Positions 15,352 through 24,398 of a DNA stretch of 24,398 nt are shown piece after piece. Numbering within the stretch: position 1 is the stretch's first letter; every line of letters begins with the position of its first letter. The position numbers were made by a program, and so were the translations under genes. Origin of the DNA: an uncultured Methanosarcinales archaeon (lineage in GTDB: Archaea; Nanobdellota; Nanobdellia; Woesearchaeales; 0-14-0-80-44-23); the NCBI GenBank assembly GCA_964418195.1, contig CAYQKJ010000001.1, positions 1 through 24,398 on the forward strand, written 5' to 3'. Under the pieces are notes generated by a model, which saw only the letters and a program-made list of their open reading frames with translations, made no database searches and was not told the origin of the DNA.

Positions 15352-15422
15352 TTCAGAAACCTCTTTCGGAAATTGTAGAAATGCGTTTTTGGGCGCAACT
15401 GCAATTTCCTTTGGTTTCTGAA
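15352..15422. repeat. 71-bp imperfect inverted repeat or long hairpin
   Basis: TTCAGAAACC/GGTTTCTGAA (10 bp perfect), GGAAATTGTAG/CTGCAATTTCC (11 bp, one G.U) and TGCG/CGCA. Confidence 0.85.
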
Positions 15423-15509
15423 GAATAATTTTGATTTTATGATAAATCTAATTCTTAAATTTAGATTACAAAAATAAAAAAATAGAAAAAAACAAAAAAA
15501 AGACTGAGA

Positions 15510-15527
15510 CCATCATTTCTTATGGAA
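15510..15527 (-). promoter_or_regulatory. ORB-like box (TTCCATAAGAAATGATGG)
   Basis: TTCCA-N3-GAAAT core at the left border of the AT-rich region. Confidence 0.68.
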
Positions 15528-15593
15528 ATATGTTGTTGTTTTGTTGTTATTGAGCATGTTCAATATATTAATAAATTCAGAAATATGCATTTA

Positions 15594-15629
15594 AAAGATA
15601 TATTTAAAGATATATTTAAAAATATATTT
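15594..15629. repeat. Three tandem 12-mers AAA(G/A)ATATATTT in the candidate DNA-unwinding element
   Basis: AAAGATATATTT AAAGATATATTT AAAAATATATTT read directly. Confidence 0.8.
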
Positions 15630-15862
15630 TAAAAAATAAATAATCGAATCTATTTATTATGATTAATATTTTTATTTCTTTATTTATTTTATTATTTTTC
15701 AATATAGAAAAATATAAAAAAGAAAAAAAGTGTTAATAAAATAGATAAAACAATCATTATTTTTAATAATGATGTTTAAAAAATAATCAATTTGAAATAT
15801 TTTTTATAAACTTTATTTTTATTTAATTAAACAGCATAAACATTTTTTTGTTTTTGCTTTTT

Positions 15863-15882
15863 TTCCAAAAGAAGCATGGGTG
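15863..15882 (+). promoter_or_regulatory. ORB-like box (TTCCAAAAGAAGCATGGGTG)
   Basis: TTCCA-N3-GAA core with a G-rich tail, at the right border of the AT-rich region and inverted relative to the 15510 box. Confidence 0.55.
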
Positions 15883-16171
15883 TGAGATCATTTCATTTGC
15901 AATGCAGATTTTGTAAGAAAAAAGAAATTATGAATAGTTTTTTATTTTTTCTTGTCAATAAACTTAAGAATAATATGTATTTAAATAAAAATGAATATAA
16001 CGCTAAAAATTAATGGCATAACCACATCAGGCCCAGATTCCGACGACAAAAAAATAGGAAAGAAAAAATTTTTTAATTTAAATCTCGTAATAGCATCATT
16101 TAAATATCCCTCACGAATGATTGCTCAATCAAAAAGAGATTTTATTTCATATATCTCAGATAACACAAAGC

Positions 16172-16197
16172 TTTAAATACCTTTGTTTCATTTGGAA
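16172..16197. promoter_or_regulatory. cdc6 TATA box (TTTAAATA, 16172-16179) immediately followed by an ORB box (minus strand TTCCAAATGAAACAAAGG, 16180-16197)
   Basis: The TATA box ends 24 bp before the ATG at 16204, and the ORB has the exact TTCCA-N3-GAAAC core. Confidence 0.72.
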
Positions 16198-16203
16198 TTT
16201 TTT

Positions 16204-17415
16204 ATGGTGCAAAAAGAGGGTAGTAACTTCTTCGACAGATTTTTGACAAACAATTCTCTTTTCATAAATAAAAACGTTCTCCAATCGAATTATACTCCAA
16301 ATACAATACCTCACAGAGAAGAGCAGATAAAACAGATTGCTGAAGTTCTTGGTCCTGCGCTCAGGAGGGAAAGGCCATCTAATCTTTTTATCTACGGGCA
16401 GACAGGAACAGGAAAGACTGTTTCTGCAAAGTACATTCAGGAGCAGATGAAAAAACTGAGTTCAGACAAACAGATTCCCCTCAAGATGATTTATTTAAAC
16501 TGCAAACTCAAGAAAATTGCAGATACAGAATACAGGCTAATAGCCCAGCTTGCAAGGGAATTCGGAAAAGAAATACCTGCGACCGGGCTTCCGACAGACG
16601 AAGTCTACAAGATATTTTTCAGCGCTTTAGACAAGGAAAAACAGATTGTAATCTTAATACTTGACGAAATAGATCAATTGGTTAATAAAGCCGGAGAAGA
16701 ACTGCTTTATAATCTAACCAGGATAAATGAAGAACTGAAAAATTCACAGGTTGCTCTTGTAGGTATAACAAATCACATTCCTTTTGTAGACAATCTTGAT
16801 CCAAGAATAAAGAGTTCACTTTCAGAAGAAGAAGTTTTATTCCCGCCCTATAACGCGATTCAGATACAAAACATATTAAGCCAGAGAGCAAAAACAGCCT
16901 TCAAGCCAAATGTAATGGGTGAAGGTGTTATAGAAAAATGCGCAGCATATGCTGCAAGAGAGCACGGCGATGCCAGAAGAGCATTAGAACTGTTAAGAGT
17001 TTCTGGAGAGATTGCTGAGCGCAGAGGCAATTCAAAAGTTGACATAGAGCATGTTGATGAAGCAGATAAGAAAATAGAGAAAGATAGGATATTGGATGTG
17101 GTGGAAGTCCAGCCAAAGCACTTTCAGGCAACTCTTTACTCAATAATTTTGCTCGCTTCAAAGAGAAAATTATCAGCAATATTTACTGGAGAAGTTTATG
17201 AGGTTTACAGGGGAACATGCAGGCAGATAAACTTAAGACCATTAACCCAGAGAAGGGTTTCAGACATTGTGGGGGAATTAGATATGCTGGGCATAATAAA
17301 TGCGAAGGTAATTTCAAAAGGCAGATATGGCAGAACCAGAGAGATTTCTTTTTCAATGCCAAATGAAACCTCTGAGAAAGTAGAGAAAATCCTCAAAGAT
17401 GCTCTTGGGCTATAG
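16204..17415 (+). CDS. cdc6: Orc1/Cdc6 replication initiator
   Basis: PHREEQI, Walker A GQTGTGKT, YLNC, Walker B LILDEID, FPPYNA, GDARRALELLR, wH with ELDMLGII and GRYGRTR. ATG 16204 preferred over TTG 16183. Confidence 0.98.
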   Translation: MVQKEGSNFFDRFLTNNSLFINKNVLQSNYTPNTIPHREEQIKQIAEVLGPALRRERPSNLFIYGQTGTGKTVSAKYIQEQMKKLSSDKQIPLKMIYLNCKLKKIADTEYRLIAQLAREFGKEIPATGLPTDEVYKIFFSALDKEKQIVILILDEIDQLVNKAGEELLYNLTRINEELKNSQVALVGITNHIPFVDNLDPRIKSSLSEEEVLFPPYNAIQIQNILSQRAKTAFKPNVMGEGVIEKCAAYAAREHGDARRALELLRVSGEIAERRGNSKVDIEHVDEADKKIEKDRILDVVEVQPKHFQATLYSIILLASKRKLSAIFTGEVYEVYRGTCRQINLRPLTQRRVSDIVGELDMLGIINAKVISKGRYGRTREISFSMPNETSEKVEKILKDALGL

Positions 17416-17451
17416 GGTCTCTATATGATTAATTATTTTTTTATTATTCAC

Positions 17452-17500
17452 GTCATTAATAAAATTTCATTAATAAATATTCACTAATTTATTCACAAAA
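17452..17500. repeat. Degenerate ~14-bp tandem repeat TCA(T/C)TAAT between cdc6 and DP1
   Basis: GTCATTAATAAAAT TTCATTAATAAATA TTCACTAATTTA TTCACAAAA. Confidence 0.55.
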
Positions 17501-17681
17501 ATCATCATTTACAAAAACCAATTCATTCCATTTAACTTGATTCAATCATATTGCATTCAAAATACAAACGCTTCTGGCTTTTTCAAATTCATTTTTGGGG
17601 TGGATGAGAAATAGCATACTGATATAAAAAAGCAATATGGAAACATGAAGCGCTTAGCACAGCAAAAGGATTTACAAAAAA

Positions 17682-19322
17682 GTGGGTTTAATGGAAAAAG
17701 AGAGGGTAGACAAAGAGGAAGCTAATAAAGAAAAGATAGCTCTGCTCGTAAAAAAATTTGCAGAAAAGGGGCTGCTTCTCAGCCCAGATGCATTAGAAGC
17801 ATTGGCAGTTGAAGAACTGTCAAAAGAAAAGAGCTTAGAAACAACAGCGCACACAGATGAATCAAAAGAGTCGAGTATGCTTGTTGTAACCAAAGACGCC
17901 TTGAAATTTGCTGAGAAGGAAAAGGAAATAAACTGGGTTGAGTTTGAAAAGGCAAAGACTCTTCAGGAAAGAAAAAAGGATGACAGGATATACCAAAAGT
18001 TTGTGGAATATCTCAGCTCGGAAGAGAAGGGCGCTGAACTTTCCGGAGAGAAAAAAGTTCCTGATTCTGTTCAGATTATTGGGTGCTACGAGGAAATTTC
18101 AAAAGAGCGAAGCGTTCAGGATTTTGTGGATTTCTTTAATGCAAGATACAAGGTATTAGAGCAGATGCTGCGCAACAGGCAGGAATTAGAAAACCTGATG
18201 ACCATAAGCAGAGCTGAAAAAAAGAGAGAGCGCGAAACAGTCTCAGTTATAGGGCTTGTTTTTTCAAAAGAGAAGAGGAAGAATGGAAACATAATGCTCA
18301 CGCTGGAAGACCAGACAGACATTATAAAGATTTTTTTCAATAAAAACAAGAAAGAGCTTTTTGAAATGGCTGAGCAGATAGTTTTAGATGAAGTCATTGG
18401 GGTTTGTGGCACAGCAGGAGACAACATAATATTTGCAAATTCCATGGTGAGACCAGACATTCCGGCAACCATTGAGAAAAAGAGTTCTCCTGAAGACGGA
18501 TACGCAATCTTTCTCTCAGATCTTCATGTAGGCTCTAAAAATTTTCTGGAAGAAGAGTTCAATAAATTTCTAAGATGGATAAATGCAGAAGCAGGAAATG
18601 AAAGTCAAAAAGCAATTGCCGAAAAAATAAAATATGTGTTCATTGCAGGCGACCTAATAGATGGTGTCGGCATATACGCCGATCAGGATGAGGATTTGGT
18701 TACAAAGGATGTTTACGAGCAATACAGCGAATGTGCAAGGCTTCTGTCAAAAATTCCTCAGCGCATCAAGATAATAATATGCGCCGGCAATCATGATGCC
18801 ATGAGAATAGCAGAACCGCAGCCTACGCTTTACAAAGACTTTGCAGCAGAGCTCTGGAAGCTTCCGAATGTTGTGATGGTCAGCAATCCAGCTGTTGTGA
18901 ATATAGGCGCTTCTGAAAATTTCTCGGGATTCAATGTGCTGATGTACCATGGCTACAGCTTTGACTATTATGCTTCTGATGTTGACATGATAAGAATGAA
19001 AGGCGGCTATGACAGAGCAGACCTGATAATGAAATTTCTGCTGCAGAGAAGGCATCTCGCCCCAGCCCAGTCCTCAACCCTTTTTATCCCAGACCCACAC
19101 AGAGACCCCTTAATCATCACAAGAATTCCTGACATATTCCTAACTGGACACATCCATAAATGCACAGTTGCTCAATACAAGAACATAATACTCATAAGCG
19201 GAAGTTGCTGGCAGTCAAAAACAGCATTTCAAATAAGGATGGGTCATCATCCGCAGCCAGCAAGAGTTCCAATAATGAATCTCAAGACTAGGGAAGTGAA
19301 AATCCTAAATTTTGAAAAATAA
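17682..19322 (+). CDS. polB: DNA polymerase D small (exonuclease) subunit DP1
   Basis: OB fold plus calcineurin-like phosphoesterase motifs SDLHVGS, AGDLIDG, GNHD, HG and GHIH. Start at GTG 17682 or ATG 17691. Confidence 0.96.
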   Translation: MGLMEKERVDKEEANKEKIALLVKKFAEKGLLLSPDALEALAVEELSKEKSLETTAHTDESKESSMLVVTKDALKFAEKEKEINWVEFEKAKTLQERKKDDRIYQKFVEYLSSEEKGAELSGEKKVPDSVQIIGCYEEISKERSVQDFVDFFNARYKVLEQMLRNRQELENLMTISRAEKKRERETVSVIGLVFSKEKRKNGNIMLTLEDQTDIIKIFFNKNKKELFEMAEQIVLDEVIGVCGTAGDNIIFANSMVRPDIPATIEKKSSPEDGYAIFLSDLHVGSKNFLEEEFNKFLRWINAEAGNESQKAIAEKIKYVFIAGDLIDGVGIYADQDEDLVTKDVYEQYSECARLLSKIPQRIKIIICAGNHDAMRIAEPQPTLYKDFAAELWKLPNVVMVSNPAVVNIGASENFSGFNVLMYHGYSFDYYASDVDMIRMKGGYDRADLIMKFLLQRRHLAPAQSSTLFIPDPHRDPLIITRIPDIFLTGHIHKCTVAQYKNIILISGSCWQSKTAFQIRMGHHPQPARVPIMNLKTREVKILNFEK

Positions 19323-19355
19323 TAACAAAATAATAACTTGAAATGAGAATCTAAA

Positions 19356-22300
19356 ATGGCAGAAGCTAGTGCAGAAATAGAGAAATATTTCAAAGAAATT
19401 GAAGAGAAGCTGAACCAGGCATACAAAATAGCTGATGCTGCAAGGAAAAAAGGGCTTGACCCTGAGGAGCACACAGACATTCCTTTAGCAAGAGATATGG
19501 CTGAAAGGGTTCAGGGTATTATATCAGCAGTTGCTCCACAACTAGTTGGCTTAGGTATAATTAAAAGAATAAATGAGCTTGAAAAAAAATATGGAGCCCT
19601 AGACTGGAGAGTTGCTTTGGTGATTGCAGACGAAGTTGCCAGTGAAAAATTCTGCAAGTTCAAAAACAAATTGGAAGCAATGGAAGTGGGCATAAGAGCA
19701 GGCTTTACATATCATACCTTAGGAATAGTTTCTGCGCCACTAGAAGGATTTACTGAACTGAAAATAAAGAAGAGAAGAGACGGAAAAGAATACTTTGCAG
19801 CAAAGTTTGCAGGCCCTATTAGGGGAGCAGGCGGAACAGCAGCTGCATTTTCACTATTGATTGCCGATTATGTTAGAAAGAAAAACGGTTATGACCCGTA
19901 TGACCCCGATGATTTAGAAGTTGAACGCTATATAACAGAACTTGACGACTATCATGAAAGAGTCACAAACCTTCAATACCACGCAGGCCCTGAACAACTT
20001 CAATTCTTAATTAAACATCTCCCTGTAGAGGTTGATGGCGACCCAACTGAAAAATTTGAAGTAAGCAAAAATAAGGATTTGCCAAGGATTGAGACAAACA
20101 GAATCAGGGGCGGAGTGGCGTTAGTTGTTTCAATGCTTGCTCTCAAAGGGGATAAATTATGGAAGGAATTGAGCAAATGGGGAAAAGATTTCGGATTAGA
20201 TGACTGGAATTTCCTTGAGCAATTCATAAAAATAAAAAAAAGGGAAATGGCCAACATAGAAAAGCCTGCAGAAGAGAAGAAAGACAAAGAGAAAAGTGAG
20301 GAAACAACAGAGACAACAGCTGCAAATAATATAACATCCTTAGATAATAAGGAAGATGATAAAGGAGAGAAGAAGGAAGAGAAAAAGGATGAGAAAAAAA
20401 TACTGCCGAACTTTACATACATAGCAGATTTAGTTGCAGGAAGGCCTGTGCTTTCCTATCCAATGAGATTCGGAGGCTTCAGACTAAGGTATGGAAGGTC
20501 AAGATTAAGCGGATATTCTGCAACAGCAATACACCCTGCAACAATGCTCGTACTCAAGAAATATATAGCAACAGGCACACAGCTAAAAATTGAAAGACCT
20601 GGAAAGGCAACAGCCGTCACCCCTTGCGACACAATAGAAGGCCCGATAGTTAGACTTGATGATGATAGCGTAATGAAATTAAATTCTGAAAATGACGCCA
20701 GAAACCTTGCACCAAGAGTGAGAGAAATACTCTTTATTGGAGACATGCTGATTTCATACGGTGACTTCTTAGACAGGGCGCATATGCTGATTCCTGCAGG
20801 CTATACAGAAGAGCAGTATGCAAAGGAGCTTGAGAAAGCCATTGTGAACACTTTTGGAAGCATGGACTTGGACAAGCTTTCAGAGTTCACAGGAATGCAC
20901 AGAAAAATCTTTGAGAAAATATTGAAGAATCCTTTCTCAGCACCCGATACAAAAACAGCCATAATGATTTCTGAAAAACTGGGATTAGCTCTGCATCCGG
21001 CATACACACACTATTGGACTGGCATAACCAAAGAGCAGCTTAGAAAATTGATAGAATGGTTTAGGGAAGCCACAATCAGGGAAGAAACAGTTGAAGAAAG
21101 AAAAGCAGCTCAAGAACCAGTCCTTAGCTTGGAAAAACTATCTGAAGCAAAATCTTTTGATAAAGAAGAAAAAGATGAAAAAAAACATGTTAAAAAAATA
21201 ATCCTGCCAAGTAAAAAAGAGGAGAAAAGGATTCTTGAAATAATCGGCTTGCCTCATAAATTCGCTACAGAATTTGTCATAATTGAAAAGGATGAAGCAG
21301 ATATTTTCCTGAGAATATTTCCATTATTAAAATTAATAGAGCTAGAATCTGCTGAAAGCCCAAAAGTTCTTTCTGAAATCAACAAAGAAATGCAGATTAT
21401 AGAAGATTCAACGAATGTGCTGGAAGCGCTGAATACAATTTCTGCAATCAAAATAAAAGATAAGGCAGGCTGTTTTATTGGCGCAAGGATGGGAAGGCCT
21501 GAAAAAGCAAAGATGAGGCAGCTCATAGGAAGCCCGCATGCGCTTTTCCCAATAGGTGATGAAGGTGGAAAGATGAGAAGCTTCCAGGCAGCAATGGATT
21601 CTGGCAAGGTCACTGCAGAACTTCCACTCTATAAATGTGTGAAATGCGATACAAAAACAATATTTCCAATCTGCGAAAAATGCAATGAGCCTACAAAAAA
21701 ACTTTACTTTTGCGATAGTTGTGGAGAGCTTGAAAAGCCAAACTGCCCTCACAACAGCGCATTGCCCTATAAGACACAAATTATAGACATAAACTATTAC
21801 ATGAGCGCAACAATGTCAAAATTAGGAATAAAAGTGCTTCCTGACCTGATAAAAGGAGTTAGAGGCACAAGCAACAAAGAACATATTCCAGAACACTTGG
21901 CGAAAGGAATCTTAAGAGCAAAATATGAGCTCTGTGTAAACAAGGACGGCACAACAAGATATGACATGACAGAGCTTCCAGTAACCCACTTCAGAGCTGC
22001 AGAAATCGGAACACCAATAGAAAAACTAAAAGAATTGGGATACACTAAAGACATCAACAGCATGCCGTTGGAAAACGATGAGCAGCTTCTGGAGCTAAAA
22101 CCTCAAGATGTCATACTTCCAGGCGCAAAATATTCAATGGATGAGCCAGCTGATGAAGTTCTTTTCAGAATATCAAAGTTTATAGATGAGCTGCTAGTAA
22201 ACTTTTACGGATTAGAGCCATTCTATAATTTGAAATCAAAAGAAGATTTGATAGGATGCTTAGTGATAGGGCTTGCCCCCCATATTTCAGCAGGGATAAT

Positions 22301-23129
22301 TGGCAGGATAATAGGATTCTCAAACACCCAAGGTTGTTTTGCGCACCCACTATGGCATGCTGCACACAGAAGAGACTGTGACGGGGATGAAAATTGCGTT
22401 ATGCTGCTCATGGACGCATTATTGAATTTCTCAAGAAAATTCCTTCCAGACAAGAGGGGCTCAAGGACAATGGACAGCCCGCTTGTATTGACATCAAAGA
22501 TAGTGCCTGCAGAAGTTGATGATATGGTGCACAAACTTGATATCATGCCTTCTTATCCATTAGAATTTTATGAGGCATGTGAAAAATACCTGATGCCATG
22601 GGATATCAAGATTGAAACATTGGGCTCAAGGCTTGGCACAGAAAAGCAGTATGAAGAAATGTGTTTTACTCACGATGTAAAAAGCATGAATGAAGGCGTG
22701 ACATGCTCTGCTTACAAGACAATACCTTCCATGGAAGAAAAACTTGTTGGGCAGATGAAGCTTGCTGAAATGATTACAGCAGTTGATGAAGCAGATGTTG
22801 CTAGATTAGTTATAGAAAAGCACTTTATGAAAGACATAAAAGGCAATCTTAGAAAGTTTTCAATGCAGCAGTTCAGGTGCGTAAAGTGCAACGCAAAATA
22901 CAGGAGGCCTCCGCTTATAGGAATTTGCACAGCATGCGGCGGAAAACTCATGTTTACAGTTTCAAAGGGTTTTGTGCTTAAATATTTAGAGCCGAGCATA
23001 AGCCTTGCAAAAAAATACAATGTTCCCGAATACCTTAAGCACAGCCTTGAGCTCGTCAAGAGAAGAGTGGAGGGTGTTTTTGGCAAAGAAAAGGAAAAGC
23101 AGGAAGCATTGGGCAAATGGTTTGGCTGA
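19356..23129 (+). CDS. polC: DNA polymerase D large subunit DP2
   Basis: AGPIRGAGGT, RIRGG, GRPVLSYP, GGFRLRYGRSR, RMGRPEKAK, DGTTRYD, catalytic RRDCDGDE, and Zn fingers including CVKC...CTAC. No intein. Confidence 0.98.
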   Translation: MAEASAEIEKYFKEIEEKLNQAYKIADAARKKGLDPEEHTDIPLARDMAERVQGIISAVAPQLVGLGIIKRINELEKKYGALDWRVALVIADEVASEKFCKFKNKLEAMEVGIRAGFTYHTLGIVSAPLEGFTELKIKKRRDGKEYFAAKFAGPIRGAGGTAAAFSLLIADYVRKKNGYDPYDPDDLEVERYITELDDYHERVTNLQYHAGPEQLQFLIKHLPVEVDGDPTEKFEVSKNKDLPRIETNRIRGGVALVVSMLALKGDKLWKELSKWGKDFGLDDWNFLEQFIKIKKREMANIEKPAEEKKDKEKSEETTETTAANNITSLDNKEDDKGEKKEEKKDEKKILPNFTYIADLVAGRPVLSYPMRFGGFRLRYGRSRLSGYSATAIHPATMLVLKKYIATGTQLKIERPGKATAVTPCDTIEGPIVRLDDDSVMKLNSENDARNLAPRVREILFIGDMLISYGDFLDRAHMLIPAGYTEEQYAKELEKAIVNTFGSMDLDKLSEFTGMHRKIFEKILKNPFSAPDTKTAIMISEKLGLALHPAYTHYWTGITKEQLRKLIEWFREATIREETVEERKAAQEPVLSLEKLSEAKSFDKEEKDEKKHVKKIILPSKKEEKRILEIIGLPHKFATEFVIIEKDEADIFLRIFPLLKLIELESAESPKVLSEINKEMQIIEDSTNVLEALNTISAIKIKDKAGCFIGARMGRPEKAKMRQLIGSPHALFPIGDEGGKMRSFQAAMDSGKVTAELPLYKCVKCDTKTIFPICEKCNEPTKKLYFCDSCGELEKPNCPHNSALPYKTQIIDINYYMSATMSKLGIKVLPDLIKGVRGTSNKEHIPEHLAKGILRAKYELCVNKDGTTRYDMTELPVTHFRAAEIGTPIEKLKELGYTKDINSMPLENDEQLLELKPQDVILPGAKYSMDEPADEVLFRISKFIDELLVNFYGLEPFYNLKSKEDLIGCLVIGLAPHISAGIIGRIIGFSNTQGCFAHPLWHAAHRRDCDGDENCVMLLMDALLNFSRKFLPDKRGSRTMDSPLVLTSKIVPAEVDDMVHKLDIMPSYPLEFYEACEKYLMPWDIKIETLGSRLGTEKQYEEMCFTHDVKSMNEGVTCSAYKTIPSMEEKLVGQMKLAEMITAVDEADVARLVIEKHFMKDIKGNLRKFSMQQFRCVKCNAKYRRPPLIGICTACGGKLMFTVSKGFVLKYLEPSISLAKKYNVPEYLKHSLELVKRRVEGVFGKEKEKQEALGKWFG

Positions 23130-23170
23130 GAATCTGTTAATAATCTCTTAAGGAATAACTTTATTAATTT

Positions 23171-23401
23171 TTTAATGAGTTAGTTTTTAGTGAGATTTAA
23201 TGAATAATAGAAAATAATTTTTTGTTGCATCTGAATTTTTTGATCAATATAAATTTATGAAGTGTTTAAAATTATTAATTTTTAATGAACACGAATTTAG
23301 CGAGTTTAATAGATATTTGATGAATAAACAGTTTTTAATGAAAATGATTTTGGATTTGATGAATATAAGTTCATGCACAGCTAATGAAGAAGCATTATGA
23401 A
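23171..23401. repeat. Dispersed degenerate 9-mer array TTT(A/G)(A/G)(T/C)GA(A/G) downstream of DP2
   Basis: Copies at about 23171, 23186, 23196, 23281, 23296, 23316, 23334 and 23355, with partial copies at 23381 and 23395. Confidence 0.45.
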
Positions 23402-23513
23402 GCATCACAATCAAACCATACAAATAAAAACTATTTGGATAAAAATGTTTTCTATTTGTTTTTCAAATATTTTTTCTGCAAAAATTCTGCAATTCTACAA
23501 AAATCTTTATTGC

Positions 23514-23528
23514 CGAAACCTTTAAATA
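23514..23528 (+). promoter_or_regulatory. BRE/TATA promoter of aIF-2beta
   Basis: CGAAACC-TTTAAATA ends 24 bp before the ATG at 23553. Confidence 0.65.
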
Positions 23529-23552
23529 CTGCTTGAAAATCTCGTCAATAAT

Positions 23553-23960
23553 ATGAATTATGAACAAATGCTGGACAGGGGAAGAAAAAATATTCCTGAA
23601 TCGCTGCTTAATACTCAAAGGTTTGAAATTCCAAAAGTATTGGGACACATACAGGGCAACAGGACCATAATGAGCAACTTTCACGCGATTGCAACCACGC
23701 TTAGGAGAGCACCAGAGCATCTTCTAAAGTTTGTATTAAGAGAGCTTGCAACACCTGGAGAAATAAAAAAGTCAGCAGTCATAATCGGAAGAAAGGTTTC
23801 TGCTTCCATGATAAACCAGAAGATAGAGCAGTATGCGCAAACTTTTGTAATATGCAGAGAATGCAAAAGGCCTGATACAATGCTGATAAAAGACGGTGAA
23901 ATCACTTTTCTGAAATGCCAGGCCTGCGGCGCAAAATACCCTGTTGAAACCTTAAAATAA
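23553..23960 (+). CDS. eif2b: Translation initiation factor 2 beta subunit (aIF-2beta)
   Basis: YEQMLDR, RFEIPK, GNRTI-NF, C-terminal Zn ribbon CRECKRPDT...CQACGA. Confidence 0.95.
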   Translation: MNYEQMLDRGRKNIPESLLNTQRFEIPKVLGHIQGNRTIMSNFHAIATTLRRAPEHLLKFVLRELATPGEIKKSAVIIGRKVSASMINQKIEQYAQTFVICRECKRPDTMLIKDGEITFLKCQACGAKYPVETLK

Positions 23961-23981
23961 ACCTTTAAACATAAGATAAAA

Positions 23982-24293
23982 ATGATTGTAAAGATTCATA
24001 ACACAGAAAGGGGACTTCTTATAGCAATTGCAGATGACGAGCTTATTGGAAAGAAGTTTGAAAAAGGAAAACTGCAACTGGACTTGACTTCTGATTTCTA
24101 CAAGGGAAAGCATATGAAAGAAAAAGAAATTCTCGAGCTCATTGAAAAAGCATACATTCTTAACATTGTCGGGGAAAATTCAGTGAAATTTGCAATCAAA
24201 AACAAACTGATAAAAGAAGAAAACATTCTAAAAGTGGCAAAAGTGCCGCATGCTCAGTGTCTTTTTCTAAAGCAGAATGCAGACGATGAATGA
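23982..24293 (+). CDS. DUF424-family protein
   Basis: MIVKIH, DDELIGKKF, LDLTSDFYKG, LNIVGENSV and VPHAQ match the family from memory. Confidence 0.85.
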   Translation: MIVKIHNTERGLLIAIADDELIGKKFEKGKLQLDLTSDFYKGKHMKEKEILELIEKAYILNIVGENSVKFAIKNKLIKEENILKVAKVPHAQCLFLKQNADDE

Positions 24294-24398
24294 ACACAAT
24301 AATGATTTTTTTATAAAACTTTTTCTCATTATATTTATTCCAAGTCAGATATTTTTCCGCACATAAAATATTTTATAAACACTAATTTTAGAGATGTT

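Larger units (their letters stand above)
15162..16203. other. Candidate chromosomal replication origin (oriC)
   Basis: A 1042-bp gap upstream of cdc6 with four ORB-like boxes (15510-15527 -, 15863-15882 +, 15887-15902 -, 16180-16197 -) and a strongly AT-rich core at ~15590-15835. Confidence 0.78.

Noticed and set aside
15991-16176. 61-aa ORF upstream of cdc6
   Set aside because: No RBS or recognisable motif, and it ends inside the cdc6 TATA box within the origin region. It cannot be excluded without homology or Ribo-seq data
8849-23129. Inteins in MCM, Cdc6 or DP2
   Set aside because: Lengths are normal and the motifs at the usual insertion points are contiguous. No C/S...HN intein ends were seen
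23386-23538. 50-codon plus-strand ORF between DP2 and aIF-2beta
   Set aside because: Low-complexity composition, no RBS, and it overlaps the aIF-2beta promoter

Overview
This is an AT-rich archaeal chromosomal window. Gene content and style suggest a DPANN lineage such as Woesearchaeota; this is an inference and no database search was run. The left third holds a MEMO1-family gene followed by about ten co-oriented genes for membrane-anchored, type IV pilin-like proteins. Seven have a clear KK[G/A] or KRG class III signal peptide, three are unannotated micro-ORFs, and two are paralogs with six conserved Cys and a long glycine-zipper hairpin. No assembly ATPase, platform protein or prepilin peptidase lies in the window. 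Next come an unannotated Zn-finger microprotein and tRNA-Thr(CGT). The rest is a replication cluster: tbp, mcm, an RPA32-like gene, a minus-strand block (ribose-1,5-bisphosphate isomerase, a small membrane protein, an extended thymidine kinase), a TrmB-family regulator, a ~1 kb candidate oriC, cdc6/orc1, PolD DP1 and DP2, aIF-2beta and DUF424. The candidate oriC contains ORB-like boxes, an AT-rich core, a 13-bp tandem array and a long hairpin. The most striking unexplained signals are the pilin-like/glycine-zipper cluster and a second pair of ORB-like boxes upstream of tbp-mcm, one 17/18 identical to a box in the cdc6-proximal origin ~7.6 kb away.
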